The notes beneath the pieces are model-generated. The model saw only the letters and a program-made list of their open reading frames with translations, was not told where the DNA came from and ran no database searches. 22,710 nt of DNA from Myxococcota bacterium (GTDB taxonomy: Bacteria; Myxococcota_A; SURF-8; G963663525): NCBI GenBank assembly GCA_963676915.2, contig CAXXVK010000065.1:1-22710 (forward strand), read 5' to 3'. Made by a program: the position numbers and the translations under genes. Below, in pieces: positions 9,171 to 17,989 of this stretch. Positions within the stretch are counted from its first letter, which is position 1, and every line of letters begins with the position of its first letter.

Positions 9171-10334
9171 TCACCGTAAAGCATTCATGGCTTCTTCGAG
9201 ACCGTCGAGGCTTAGCGTATACATGGGGAACAGTTTTCGAATCATCTGAATCGACTGCCCCATCCAGAAACGTTCGGGCATCGGGTTGAGCCAGACCACT
9301 TTTCTAAAATGATGTACGAAGCGCTTGAGCCACCACAGGCCGGGTTGCTCGTTCCGGTGGTAATAGTAGATCGCTCCATATTTGGCCGCCAGTTCGTAGG
9401 GAGACATCGCGGCATCTCCTACGAAAATCACCCGCCAGTCGCTTTCGAGATCGCTCAACAGTTTGCCGGTGGCGGTGCGCTCGTCCAGTTCCATGTCGGT
9501 GAATACTTCCTCGTAGACACAGTTATGGAAGTAGTAGTAGCGGAACTGCTTGAAATGACTCATCTGGCTGGCGGCCGAGAACATGCGGGAGACGAGATCG
9601 GCGTAAGAGTCCATCGAACCACCGGCATCCATCAACAGCAACAGCTTGAAACGGTTTTTGCGCTCCGGTCGGAACACCAGGTCGATTTCTCCGCCGTCGC
9701 GGCAGGTTTTGTCGATGGAGGCATCCAGATCCAGTTCATCCGCTGCACCGACCCGTTCGAGCACTTTCAGCTTTTTCAACGCCATTTTCATCTGTCGCAG
9801 ATCGAGTACGCGGTCCGAACGGTAATTGGCGAAACGCCGCTTCGTGGCCACCTGAATCGCTGTCCGGTTACCGCCTTGACCACCTACGCGAATTCCCTGG
9901 GGATTGTACCCTCCATGGCCGAATGGTGAGGTTCCCCCGGTGCCGATCCAGCGATTACCGCCGTCGTGGCGCTCGGTCTGCTCTTGCAGGCGTTTCTCGA
10001 ATTCTTCCTGTAACTTATCGAAACCCCACTTTTCCAGCATCTCGCGTTCTTCGGGAGAAAGCTGAAGTGCGTCAATAGGTTGATTGAGCCACTCTTCCAG
10101 CTCTTCTTTGATGCTTGGAGCGAGTTCGACATCCTTGAAATAATGGGCGAACACGCGATCATAGGTATCGTAATGGGTGACATCCTTGACCAACAGGCTA
10201 CGGGCCAGCGTATAGAGACGGTCGAGGCTTTCATCGGCCAGACCTTTGCCCAGCGCCTCCATGAAAATCATCCACTCCGTCACGGTGACGGGGACACGGT
10301 TGGCACGCAAAAGATAGAAAAAATCGGTCAACAT
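9171..10334 (-). CDS. VWA-domain protein, CoxE-like (COG3825-type)
   Basis: ERHDGGNRWIGTGGTSPFGHGG signature, ELDLDASIDKT, MIDAS-like MDAGGSM, YYYFHNCVYE, VGDAAMSPYEL, VWLNP. Confidence 0.85.
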   Translation of the reverse strand: MLTDFFYLLRANRVPVTVTEWMIFMEALGKGLADESLDRLYTLARSLLVKDVTHYDTYDRVFAHYFKDVELAPSIKEELEEWLNQPIDALQLSPEEREMLEKWGFDKLQEEFEKRLQEQTERHDGGNRWIGTGGTSPFGHGGYNPQGIRVGGQGGNRTAIQVATKRRFANYRSDRVLDLRQMKMALKKLKVLERVGAADELDLDASIDKTCRDGGEIDLVFRPERKNRFKLLLLMDAGGSMDSYADLVSRMFSAASQMSHFKQFRYYYFHNCVYEEVFTDMELDERTATGKLLSDLESDWRVIFVGDAAMSPYELAAKYGAIYYYHRNEQPGLWWLKRFVHHFRKVVWLNPMPERFWMGQSIQMIRKLFPMYTLSLDGLEEAMNALR

Positions 10335-10513
10335 CGCTTATTTCCACAACCTTTCCAATTGGTTTCTCTTTATAACCGTAGGTCCGAAATATCCGAACGC
10401 CAACGTTTTTTCATATTTTTACCGGAATCGGTCTGTTGAGACGCTAGTGAGACAAAAATCCGTGCATCCGAAAGATATTTTTATCTTAAAGCTGAAAAAC
10501 CTGACATCCAACC

Positions 10514-10542
10514 TTCACCTGAACGGCAGGTTAAAGTATAAT
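10514..10542 (+). promoter_or_regulatory. Putative sigma70 promoter of the SelW-like gene
   Basis: TTCACC (10514-10519), 17-bp spacer, TATAAT (10537-10542); AGGAG RBS at 10575-10579. Confidence 0.5.
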
Positions 10543-10587
10543 CGATAGATGGAAGTGCACGAATGAAAACGGAAAGGAGCGCATTCG

Positions 10588-10812
10588 ATGAAGTGGAAGA
10601 TCACCTATTGCACGTCTTGAAACTACAAACCCCGAGCCGACCGGGCGTCGGCAGAAATTCTGGAACAATTTCCCGGAGATGAAGTGGAACTGATCCGTGG
10701 TCGAGGTGGGATTTTCGAAGTGGTTCGCGAAGGAGAAACCCTGTTTTCGAAAGCCGCCGTCCAACGTTTTCCACATCCGGGGGAGTTAACCGAAAAAGCG
10801 AAAAAAGGCTAA
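10588..10812 (+). CDS. SelW/SelT/SelH (Rdx) family selenoprotein, 74 aa, CxxU motif
   Basis: Not in the ORF track. Reading through TGA at 10618-10620 gives MKWKITYCTS-U-NYKPRADRASAEILEQFPGDEVELIRGRGGIFEVVREGETLFSKAAVQRFPHPGELTEKAKKG, with the Rdx motifs YCxxU, GG.FEV, LFSK and RFP. Strong RBS and a downstream hairpin. Confidence 0.92.
10636..10652 (+). promoter_or_regulatory. Bacterial SECIS-like hairpin
   Basis: GCCGAC-CGGGC-GTCGGC; 21 nt separate the UGA from the G-rich apical loop. Confidence 0.78.
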
Positions 10813-10850
10813 CGCAAACGGGAGGATGCATCCTCCCGTTTGCGTTAGCC
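10807..10850. repeat. Perfect 44-bp palindrome with no spacer between convergent genes; probable terminator
   Basis: GGCTAACGCAAACGGGAGGATG|CATCCTCCCGTTTGCGTTAGCC, 22-bp arms, overlapping the selenoprotein stop codon. Confidence 0.85.
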
Positions 10851-10894
10851 AATACAATTCGTACGTTGCATCATTCGACATTATCGATAAGCAT

Positions 10895-11125
10895 TCAAGG
10901 TTTGCGGACTTTTCGTTTCGTTCGCATCTGCCAATGGAGAATTTCCGAACGGTTGGCCACCCAACGTCCTCCCAGTTTCCAGATCAGGCGCCGCAATTCC
11001 TCGTCCTGGCCCATCCAACGCCGAAGACAATTGGGAGTCACCCCGATTTCCAAGGCGATGGCCTGCAACGACCAGATCAGTTCTTCATTGCTCGGTACTT
11101 TTGCGTCAAAAATCTCGTTCGACAT
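10895..11125 (-). CDS. Small HTH DNA-binding protein, excisionase/MerR-like, phage-type
   Basis: LQAIALEIGVTPNCLRRW (HTH) followed by KLGGRWVANRSEILHW (wing); AAAGGA RBS. Confidence 0.6.
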   Translation of the reverse strand: MSNEIFDAKVPSNEELIWSLQAIALEIGVTPNCLRRWMGQDEELRRLIWKLGGRWVANRSEILHWQMRTKRKVRKP

Positions 11126-11142
11126 GATATATCCTTTCTACA

Positions 11143-11517
11143 TCAAGGTTCGACGACCATCCCGCCGGTCTCTCCCTCCGATTCCCGGCTTACCATCTCT
11201 TCCAGTACGTGCGAATATTTGAGAAAACGGCTCGAACGGCCGTTTCGATAGGCTGCCAGGCTTTTGAACCCGAGTTCCCGATACGAATGTTTCGCGTCGA
11301 GAATTTTTCGATCCCTCTCGGAAAATCCTGCGACTTCCAACGTTCGCGAAATTTTCCAGTACAAAGCCAACGGTTCGCCCCAACGCAGATCCATATCGTT
11401 CGCAGGAGTTTTCACTATTCGTTCGTGGCTGGGAAAGCGGCTTTCCAACAAGCTTGCGCGTTCCGGTTTCCAGGATAAAAACCAATTCAGTAGGGCACGT
11501 CCTTGTCGATGTTTCAT
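11143..11517 (-). CDS. Hypothetical protein, possibly a phage-type regulator with a sigma-region-4-like or Q-like C-terminus
   Basis: GGAG RBS; 17 bp upstream of the HTH gene on the same strand; FSERDRKIL...SYRELG resembles a C-terminal HTH. The function is a guess. Confidence 0.5.
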   Translation of the reverse strand: MKHRQGRALLNWFLSWKPERASLLESRFPSHERIVKTPANDMDLRWGEPLALYWKISRTLEVAGFSERDRKILDAKHSYRELGFKSLAAYRNGRSSRFLKYSHVLEEMVSRESEGETGGMVVEP

Positions 11518-11746
11518 AATAATTCTCCGGTGTAGCTAATTTTTTACCCTTACATACCATGATATATCCTGTAACGATTGAAAAATTACATTGATACCGA
11601 AGATATTCCAATCGTAATGCTTTTAAGGGTACGATTATTTTGCTTATAAATGTACCTTTCTGACTAATACAGAGCATAAAAGATAAATTTTTGTCTGTCA
11701 AATCATTTTCCCGCCTGTTAGCACTTTGGAACATTTTGACGCGGAT

Positions 11747-11775
11747 TTGACGAAGTTTAAATATTTTGCTATTAC
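11747..11775 (+). promoter_or_regulatory. Candidate promoter for the repressor, possibly leaderless
   Basis: TTGACG (11747-11752), 17-bp spacer, TG-n-TATTAC (11770-11775); ATG begins at 11782 with no clear SD. The -10 lacks its final T. Confidence 0.35.
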
Positions 11776-11781
11776 TGGAAC

Positions 11782-12663
11782 ATGATGGAGAATCTTGATT
11801 TGAAAGTTTTGGGGGGACGCATACAAGGAATGCGGACGTCCAAGCGGGCCACACAAGAGGAAATGGCTGAAAAAACAGGGCTTTCCGTCAGTACCATTAA
11901 AAATATGGAGGCCGGGCGGGCTTCGTACAAGCTTTTGGATCTCGTGAAATTGGCTAAATATTTGGAGGTTCCGCTCGAAGAATTGATCGCTTCCAACGGA
12001 GATGAGGGAGAAGAAAATCCCCATCAACAGGATATATCCAAAAATTTCTACTATCTCGAAGATGCGGAACCCAGTCTGGAGCGGGTCATCCCCGTTTTGG
12101 CTTCGGATCCGTCGGTCGAGCTGTCGTCATCGACCCCCAAATACTTTGTACGCCCCCGTCCGGTACTTTCGCCGGAATCTTTCGGGCTCGAAGTGATCGA
12201 CGACGCCATGCTGCCCATGTACCGACCCGGTGACGTGGTGATCGTCGATCCTCGTGCCACGTTGCATTCCGGTTGTCATGCCGTGATTCGAATGAAAAAA
12301 GCCAAGCATCTATTACTAGGTATCTGGAATGAGATGGACGAGCAGATTTTCTTTACTGCGCTAAATCCCTCACGAGACCCGATGATGGTCCCGAGACGCC
12401 AAATTCAGCGGGTCTATCCCGTTGTCGCCTATATTTGGAAAAGCAATGTGGACCGCTTTGAAGAAGACGAAATCGCCGGAAAGCCGGTGGTGGAAGAATC
12501 TCGGGAGAACGATCTCCTTCCCGGAAAAATCCAGGAACTCTCTTCTCGACTCAATTCCGTAGAAGGTTCGATGGAAGGCGTAATCGGCAAGTTCTCGGAA
12601 ATGCTGGATTTTCTTGACAAAGTGCGGCAGATCGACCCGGACCGGCGTCCGAAGCATTCCTGA
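11782..12663 (+). CDS. XRE-family HTH + S24 peptidase-like (CI/LexA-type) regulator with C-terminal coiled-coil extension
   Basis: RIQGMR...TQEEMAEKTGLSVSTIKNMEAG...LAKYLEVPLEEL (XRE); FGLEVIDDAMLPMYRPGDVVIVDP and LNP (S24 fold); heptad-like tail KIQELSSRLNSVEGSMEGVIGKFSEML. Confidence 0.85.
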   Translation: MMENLDLKVLGGRIQGMRTSKRATQEEMAEKTGLSVSTIKNMEAGRASYKLLDLVKLAKYLEVPLEELIASNGDEGEENPHQQDISKNFYYLEDAEPSLERVIPVLASDPSVELSSSTPKYFVRPRPVLSPESFGLEVIDDAMLPMYRPGDVVIVDPRATLHSGCHAVIRMKKAKHLLLGIWNEMDEQIFFTALNPSRDPMMVPRRQIQRVYPVVAYIWKSNVDRFEEDEIAGKPVVEESRENDLLPGKIQELSSRLNSVEGSMEGVIGKFSEMLDFLDKVRQIDPDRRPKHS

Positions 12664-12672
12664 AAAACATCA

Positions 12673-12734
12673 GTAGGTCGGGCAAATTTCTTGCCCGACA
12701 AAACAAGAGTGTCGGGCTAGAAATTAGCCGCTAC
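12673..12734. repeat. GTAG-type REP doublet (REPIN-like)
   Basis: GTAG-GTCGGGCAA-ATTTC-TTGCCCGAC (12673-12699), 11-bp spacer, and an inverted degenerate copy (12711-12734; reverse complement GTAGCGGCTAATTTCTAGCCCGAC), starting 10 bp after the repressor stop. Confidence 0.7.
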
Positions 12735-12927
12735 TCTCCTGTGCAAACCATTGAAAGCACAGCCTTCCGCGCTCTACGCGTAAGGCTATGGCACTTCGAA
12801 GTTAATAAAAGCCCGGCGGGTGTCATGGCAAACCGCAGGTTGCCCATGAAAAACGTTCGACCACGGGCAAGCAGACGTTTCACGTCGCTTTGCCCGTGCC
12901 ACTCTCCCGAAAAAAATCCATGAAAAT

Positions 12928-15900
12928 TCAGTGCTTTTGCGGCTTTCGACGCCGTAAAAGCAACCCTGCAACCAACAGCAGCACCAGTACGATACCCGCC
13001 GGGTGATGCATCGAAGAACAGCGATTGTCGGGGAGAATCGGCACGATAGTATCCTCTCCCGTAATGCTGGCTTCTCCGAACATGGTATAGGTCTGTTTCA
13101 ATTTCCAGCCCACCGGTTTGAGGCGCATGTGATCCATCTGCAACACGCCCATGCTTTGGGTGCGTTGCTGGCTGGAAAACCAATCGAAAGCCCCCCACCA
13201 GACGGCGGAAAACACATACCCGTCTTCTTGGCGACGACCGGCATCGTCGGTCTGGAAATAGTCGATGGCGCCATCCCAGGTTTTTTCGAAGGCCAACCGC
13301 TGGCGGTCGCCTTCTTCGTCGGAAATATCCCAGACGTGGCCGAACTCGGTGATGACCAGAGGCTTGTTCGGCAAGGTTTCCTTGAAACTTTCGAGGAATT
13401 GCCGGGTCAGTTCCTCGGCATCTTCTCCGGCTCCACCTTCTCCCACATCGGATTCCACCAGATCGTAATCCAACTTGTAGCGTGTACCGAGATAACTGCT
13501 AACACCCGCCACATCGGCGGCACGCTCCAGCGCGTCATAGGCTGGGGCGCTGTCGTCACCCAACAACGTTTCGGCATCGAACGAGAGAGTCACAAGCGGT
13601 GGCGCACTGGAGAACGCTCCGAGATCCTCTTTCAATTCTTCAACGAATTCCACAAGTTGTCCGTCCGACCCCGGCTCGCTGTTCGAGGCGGCACCCAACA
13701 TCACCACGGCGGCGCGATTGGCTACCGTGCGGTTCAGTTCACGCCAGCCTTGCAACGCCATCGGTCGGTTTTTCTGCTCGGTGTAGTGGGCTTCGGTGAG
13801 GTTCCAAGCGGGGATTTCCGTCAATACGGCCAGTCCCAGGCGATCGGCCAACATGTAGGTATAAGGGTGGTTGGGCGTCTGACCCGTTCGCAGGAAACGT
13901 ACGCCCAAGGACTTGATTTGCTCCAGGTCGAATCGAATCGAGTCCCAATCCTGACTCCGACCGTCATAACCTTCTTCCTGACGACCGATACCAGGCCAGA
14001 ACGGATACTCGCCGTTGAAAACCACCAATCCGTCTTCCACGGAAATGTGGCGCAAACCGAATTGGAAATACAACACGTCGAACTGGTCGCCTTCGTTGCG
14101 GCCATCCGAAAAGTCCAGCACCTCGACTTCGAGCCCGAACAATCGCGGCGCGTCGGGCGACCACAAACTGTTTTGTTGAATCTGGAAATCGATGGCTACG
14201 GCCCGCCGACCACCGGCTTCGATCGTCGTTTCGGCCTCGGCCAGACCCGTAATGGAAACTTCCTGTGTCAGCAACGGTTTGATTTCGGGTGAGGAAAAGT
14301 AAGAGGTGGAGGTGTTGTCCAGTTCGTGGGCGTGAACCTTGACTTTGATCTGTCGCGGCAGCGTTCCCAATTCCTCCACGACTGCAACCAGCCGTACATC
14401 CCCATTTTCACTGGTAGATACCGCATCCGCCCGCACGATACTGACTTTTTTCTCCTGGGGAAGGTATTCGATGGCAATATCCTGTGTGATTCCGGCATAA
14501 TGCCACCAATCGGCCAGAATGACGGGAGGAAACATACCGGGACGCCATCCCGGCAGAGGATGATCCACGCGAATCAGCAGGTCCATTTGTTCGGCGTTGC
14601 GCATGGGAGAGGGAATTTCGAAGTATGCCGGCGTATAACCGCCCTCGTGCATCCCGATCCAGTAGTAGGACTCGGCTCCTTCCTCTTTGATCCAGACATC
14701 GGCGAGGGTCGCACAACCCGCCATTGCCAACCGCATTCGAGAGGTTCCGCCCGGTAGAGAAACCGTCGTGGTGTACCAGATTCCACCATAATAATGCTCG
14801 GGACTTCCGGTGTCGCCCAGTGCGCCCAAACCGTTTTCCACGGCGGGAAGGGTGATTTCTTCCCAGTCGTCGTTTTCGAAATAGTCTTCTCCACCGGTTC
14901 CGGCTTCGGTCAGCATTTGCTCGATGACCTCGGAATCTCTCGGAGCAAAGCTGAGATCGTGGTCCAACGCCTTGCGGATTTTACGCCACGGTCCCGAAAT
15001 CGTCAGGCGTTCCCAGTTGTTATCTCCATAGGAAGGATACACTTGACCGTTTTGAAACAGCACCGGCAGATCGTCGACGGTCACCACTTCGACGGTGGGT
15101 TGCACCAGGGTTTCGCCGCTTTCCCATAACGAAGGAACGGCACGGACTTCAAACGGTACGGCCAGTACCGCGTCTTCGATGGTTTTACGCGCCACTGCCC
15201 GGAAAATTCCGGTGGTTTCGGGAGTCCAGGAAATGAGACCATCGGAGTCCACACTCATTCCGGCGCTCTCGGCTTCGGCGTCGAGGCTCCAGGTCGCTTC
15301 GGTATGGGCGTTGTATCCGGCGTGATAGGTCCAGGGTTGTCCCAATCGCGCCTGTTTCAACGGTTTGGTTTCGATGGGCGAAAAGCCGGTTTCGCTGATC
15401 AGCCTTCCTTCGTAGCTATGATCGTAAGCGGCTTGAAACAGCGGTGAAAAAGCTTTGTCAGCGGCATCTTGGGAACGGACGAGTTCTTCGTCTCGAAGTT
15501 GCGTAAGTTCCTGTTCCAGCAACACAAATCGCCCATCTTGACCCCAGGCCAGCGCTTGAATTCTGTTGACTGCGAGCATTCCGGCTCTCGTCTGGGCGCT
15601 GAATTTGTCGAGCGCTACGGCCAACTCGTCACGCAGAAACCGATTGCACAACGAGGAACGAAACGTTGCCGGGAAGCGGTAATAGGGGGTCAAGGTATCG
15701 ATCAATGCGGAGGCCTCTATTCCCAACGTGGCGTTGTCCCAACTGGAAATCGTATCTAAAATGCGCTCGACCGCTTCGGAAATTTCCTCCAAGGCTACGT
15801 GTTTGGGTTTCAATTCGTCGTGACGAGCGAAAACCGTGCGCAGCCGTTCCCAGTCCTCGATCGCCACATCGGGGTCCATTTCGGCCACCGCTCGCTCGAT

Positions 15901-17568
15901 CCAGGGCGAGGTTTCCGGATCGTAACCCGCCGGATCTTTTACAAGTTCGGCGTAGGACGCTAGGGTAAAAGTTCCGGCCTCGACCTGAATCATCGGGTTG
16001 GCGACAACACCGACTGACGAAGCCAATAGCGTGGCGGAACGACCTTCCACCGGGAAAAAGTGCAGATTGCGTCCCGGCAGCACGTTACTGTCGTCGTTGA
16101 CGGCAAAATTGTCCCAGTAAAGCGGCGAACGCCCGATCAGGCTGGCGATAACCGCGAACTCGTCGTTTTCGACGCGGGTTGTAAAGCGCTCCGGTCCTTG
16201 CCAGGTAACGATCAAAGCCGGGTCGAGATCGTGAAGTTGCTTCAGGTATTCCCGATGGTCGTCGGACAGTCGTTCGGCCTCGCCGGTCTGAACGGCGGGA
16301 ACGAGAATCAACGTAGCCGCCGGATCGAAACCTTTGAGCCAAGGCAGCATCTGTCCGGCCAAAAAGGCGTGATCCTCTCCCATCAAGGCATCGGCACGAT
16401 CTTCCAAATTATCGAAAATCAAAGCGAAATTCGTAATTCCGGCATCGACCAGCGGTCGAAGCCGTTCTTGCAATGCAGAGACTTCGAGCGGATCGTCCGC
16501 GTCAATGGGCAGATCTCCCATCCCCGGATACAAGCCGTATACGAACTGCACCCCGAAAGCGTCGGCCCAAGTGTCGAGTTCGATCAACTCGTCAAGAGTT
16601 TCGCTATCCAAGGCATCGCGCCAGTCTTCGGTTCGTGTTGCGTCGCCGCGAGGAGCCTGTACATACAGATTGAGTCCCCAAACACCCAGCCGTTTGATCA
16701 ACCGCTTGCGAACCTCCTGGCTCCACCCTGTGAAATCCGCTCCTTCCACGGCTCCGCCAAAGGTCAATCCCGTTGCGGCAGGCGGTTGGTAGGCATCCAT
16801 CGTGAGATCGTCCGACCAGGACGAGGTCCGCCCGTCGAACCCCACGGCACGAACCCGCCAGCTTGTCGCGCCCGCTGCGGGGGGACGATCCCCTGTTTTC
16901 GTAAACGATGTGGTCCAGCGAACGGTGGTCGGGTCCAGCCCTGTGTCCCGCTCGACTTCGTAATGGTGGGCGTTGTCGGTGGCCTGCCAGCCGATTCCCA
17001 CGGTGGCTCCGGCAACCTCTCCAAAGGCGGCAACAGGACGGCCCGGCAATGGCGTTTCGGTGGCATAAAGTCCCAGTTCGGCAAGTTTGAGGGTTCCGGA
17101 GATGAAATCGATCCGCACGAAACGCAGGTCTTCGGGCGCTCCGGCTTGCGGTGTAAGCACGGTACTTGTTTCGTTGTCCAACTCCCCGACGGCCCAGGTT
17201 CGCAGAGTCAACGGATCGCTTCCGGCACTGACCCGCAATTGGGACGGAGGGCGTCCCACCCACTGAAATTCGATGCGTTCCAGCGCAACATTGACCTGGG
17301 AATCATCGGGAGAGAGATCGATTTCGATCCAGGTCTGCCAGGGCGAGCTATCCGACGGTGGCTTCCAGTACGTGGACGGGTCGTCGTCGCGTAGTTTGGC
17401 CTGTCCCCACTCCAAATGTTTGGGGTAGCCTTCGACGCCGTCGTCATCGATACCGCTTAACGTGATGCGTGCATCGCGGACGAGGTTGAGCGTAGCGGCG
17501 TGCAAAGTCGAAGCCGCCAGCCAAAAAACGAGCCCAAACGCAAAAATTGATACCATACGACGTTGCAC
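12928..17568 (-). CDS. Secreted, surface-anchored multidomain glycoside hydrolase-like protein: discoidin-like, FN3, GH84, Ig-like, GH2, MYXO-CTERM-like tail
   Basis: Signal peptide ending LHA-A; GH84 motifs GGAVEG, LNLYVQAPRGD, FALIFDN, VTWQGP, YWDNFAVND, NPM; GH2 motifs GMHEGGYTP, DWWHYAGITQDI, LWSPDAPRLF, FGLR, FLRTGQTP, ADRLGLAV, KPLVITEFG; C-terminus RCSS...GIVLVLLLVAGLLLRRRK. GTG start with AGGAG RBS. Confidence 0.82.
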   Translation of the reverse strand: MQRRMVSIFAFGLVFWLAASTLHAATLNLVRDARITLSGIDDDGVEGYPKHLEWGQAKLRDDDPSTYWKPPSDSSPWQTWIEIDLSPDDSQVNVALERIEFQWVGRPPSQLRVSAGSDPLTLRTWAVGELDNETSTVLTPQAGAPEDLRFVRIDFISGTLKLAELGLYATETPLPGRPVAAFGEVAGATVGIGWQATDNAHHYEVERDTGLDPTTVRWTTSFTKTGDRPPAAGATSWRVRAVGFDGRTSSWSDDLTMDAYQPPAATGLTFGGAVEGADFTGWSQEVRKRLIKRLGVWGLNLYVQAPRGDATRTEDWRDALDSETLDELIELDTWADAFGVQFVYGLYPGMGDLPIDADDPLEVSALQERLRPLVDAGITNFALIFDNLEDRADALMGEDHAFLAGQMLPWLKGFDPAATLILVPAVQTGEAERLSDDHREYLKQLHDLDPALIVTWQGPERFTTRVENDEFAVIASLIGRSPLYWDNFAVNDDSNVLPGRNLHFFPVEGRSATLLASSVGVVANPMIQVEAGTFTLASYAELVKDPAGYDPETSPWIERAVAEMDPDVAIEDWERLRTVFARHDELKPKHVALEEISEAVERILDTISSWDNATLGIEASALIDTLTPYYRFPATFRSSLCNRFLRDELAVALDKFSAQTRAGMLAVNRIQALAWGQDGRFVLLEQELTQLRDEELVRSQDAADKAFSPLFQAAYDHSYEGRLISETGFSPIETKPLKQARLGQPWTYHAGYNAHTEATWSLDAEAESAGMSVDSDGLISWTPETTGIFRAVARKTIEDAVLAVPFEVRAVPSLWESGETLVQPTVEVVTVDDLPVLFQNGQVYPSYGDNNWERLTISGPWRKIRKALDHDLSFAPRDSEVIEQMLTEAGTGGEDYFENDDWEEITLPAVENGLGALGDTGSPEHYYGGIWYTTTVSLPGGTSRMRLAMAGCATLADVWIKEEGAESYYWIGMHEGGYTPAYFEIPSPMRNAEQMDLLIRVDHPLPGWRPGMFPPVILADWWHYAGITQDIAIEYLPQEKKVSIVRADAVSTSENGDVRLVAVVEELGTLPRQIKVKVHAHELDNTSTSYFSSPEIKPLLTQEVSITGLAEAETTIEAGGRRAVAIDFQIQQNSLWSPDAPRLFGLEVEVLDFSDGRNEGDQFDVLYFQFGLRHISVEDGLVVFNGEYPFWPGIGRQEEGYDGRSQDWDSIRFDLEQIKSLGVRFLRTGQTPNHPYTYMLADRLGLAVLTEIPAWNLTEAHYTEQKNRPMALQGWRELNRTVANRAAVVMLGAASNSEPGSDGQLVEFVEELKEDLGAFSSAPPLVTLSFDAETLLGDDSAPAYDALERAADVAGVSSYLGTRYKLDYDLVESDVGEGGAGEDAEELTRQFLESFKETLPNKPLVITEFGHVWDISDEEGDRQRLAFEKTWDGAIDYFQTDDAGRRQEDGYVFSAVWWGAFDWFSSQQRTQSMGVLQMDHMRLKPVGWKLKQTYTMFGEASITGEDTIVPILPDNRCSSMHHPAGIVLVLLLVAGLLLRRRKPQKH

Positions 17569-17701
17569 GGTTCGACACTCCTGCCGTTGTCGATCGATCC
17601 GGACCGGTCTAGGGCCACGGACGGTCTAGGGATTCATACGGTAGATTGTAGCAGGATCGCCAAGGGATTGTCTATAATTAATATATTATGGGCGGAAATA
17701 G

Positions 17702-17903
17702 GGGTGCATCACAAAATATAGCGACTTTCGTAAAATCCTCTTTTTTCGTAGCGGCGAGGCGTAAGCCCGCCGTTTTTGCCTTTTGAAAGTTGCTTTTATG
17801 CTCCCAATCTCCCTTTTCGGCGGGCTTACGCTTCGCCGCTACAACCCAATGAATGAATGCTTCAATATTATTGGGCCAATTCGCACCATTTTGTGATGCA
17901 CCC
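17702..17903 (+). mobile_element. 202-bp MITE, copy 1, with internal REP doublet
   Basis: 16-bp TIRs GGGTGCATCACAAAAT; flanking direct repeats GCGGAAATAG (17692-17701) and GTGGAAATAG (17904-17913); internal inverted 25-mers at 17748-17772 and 17818-17842. Confidence 0.88.
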
Positions 17904-17989
17904 GTGGAAATAGGCGACGAATTTTTGTGCGCAATATTGTAGGTCGGTTGCTTTTCTCCCGATAATTTTCGAAACGTGCTTACGAAAAT

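Noticed and set aside
10531-10852. Minus-strand ORFs 10531..10776 and 10601..10852
   Set aside because: Shadows of the better supported + strand selenoprotein gene.
11138-11854. 238-aa minus-strand ORF
   Set aside because: Overlaps the repressor start, the AT-rich promoter region and the RBS-supported 124-aa ORF; no motifs.
10895-12663. Intact prophage
   Set aside because: No integrase, att duplication, replication or structural genes.
13003-17394. ORFs 13003..14292 and 16060..17394 on +
   Set aside because: Antisense to the GH84-GH2 gene; no motifs.
17605-17631. CGGTCTAGGG direct repeat upstream of the GH gene
   Set aside because: Only two short copies; no function can be supported.
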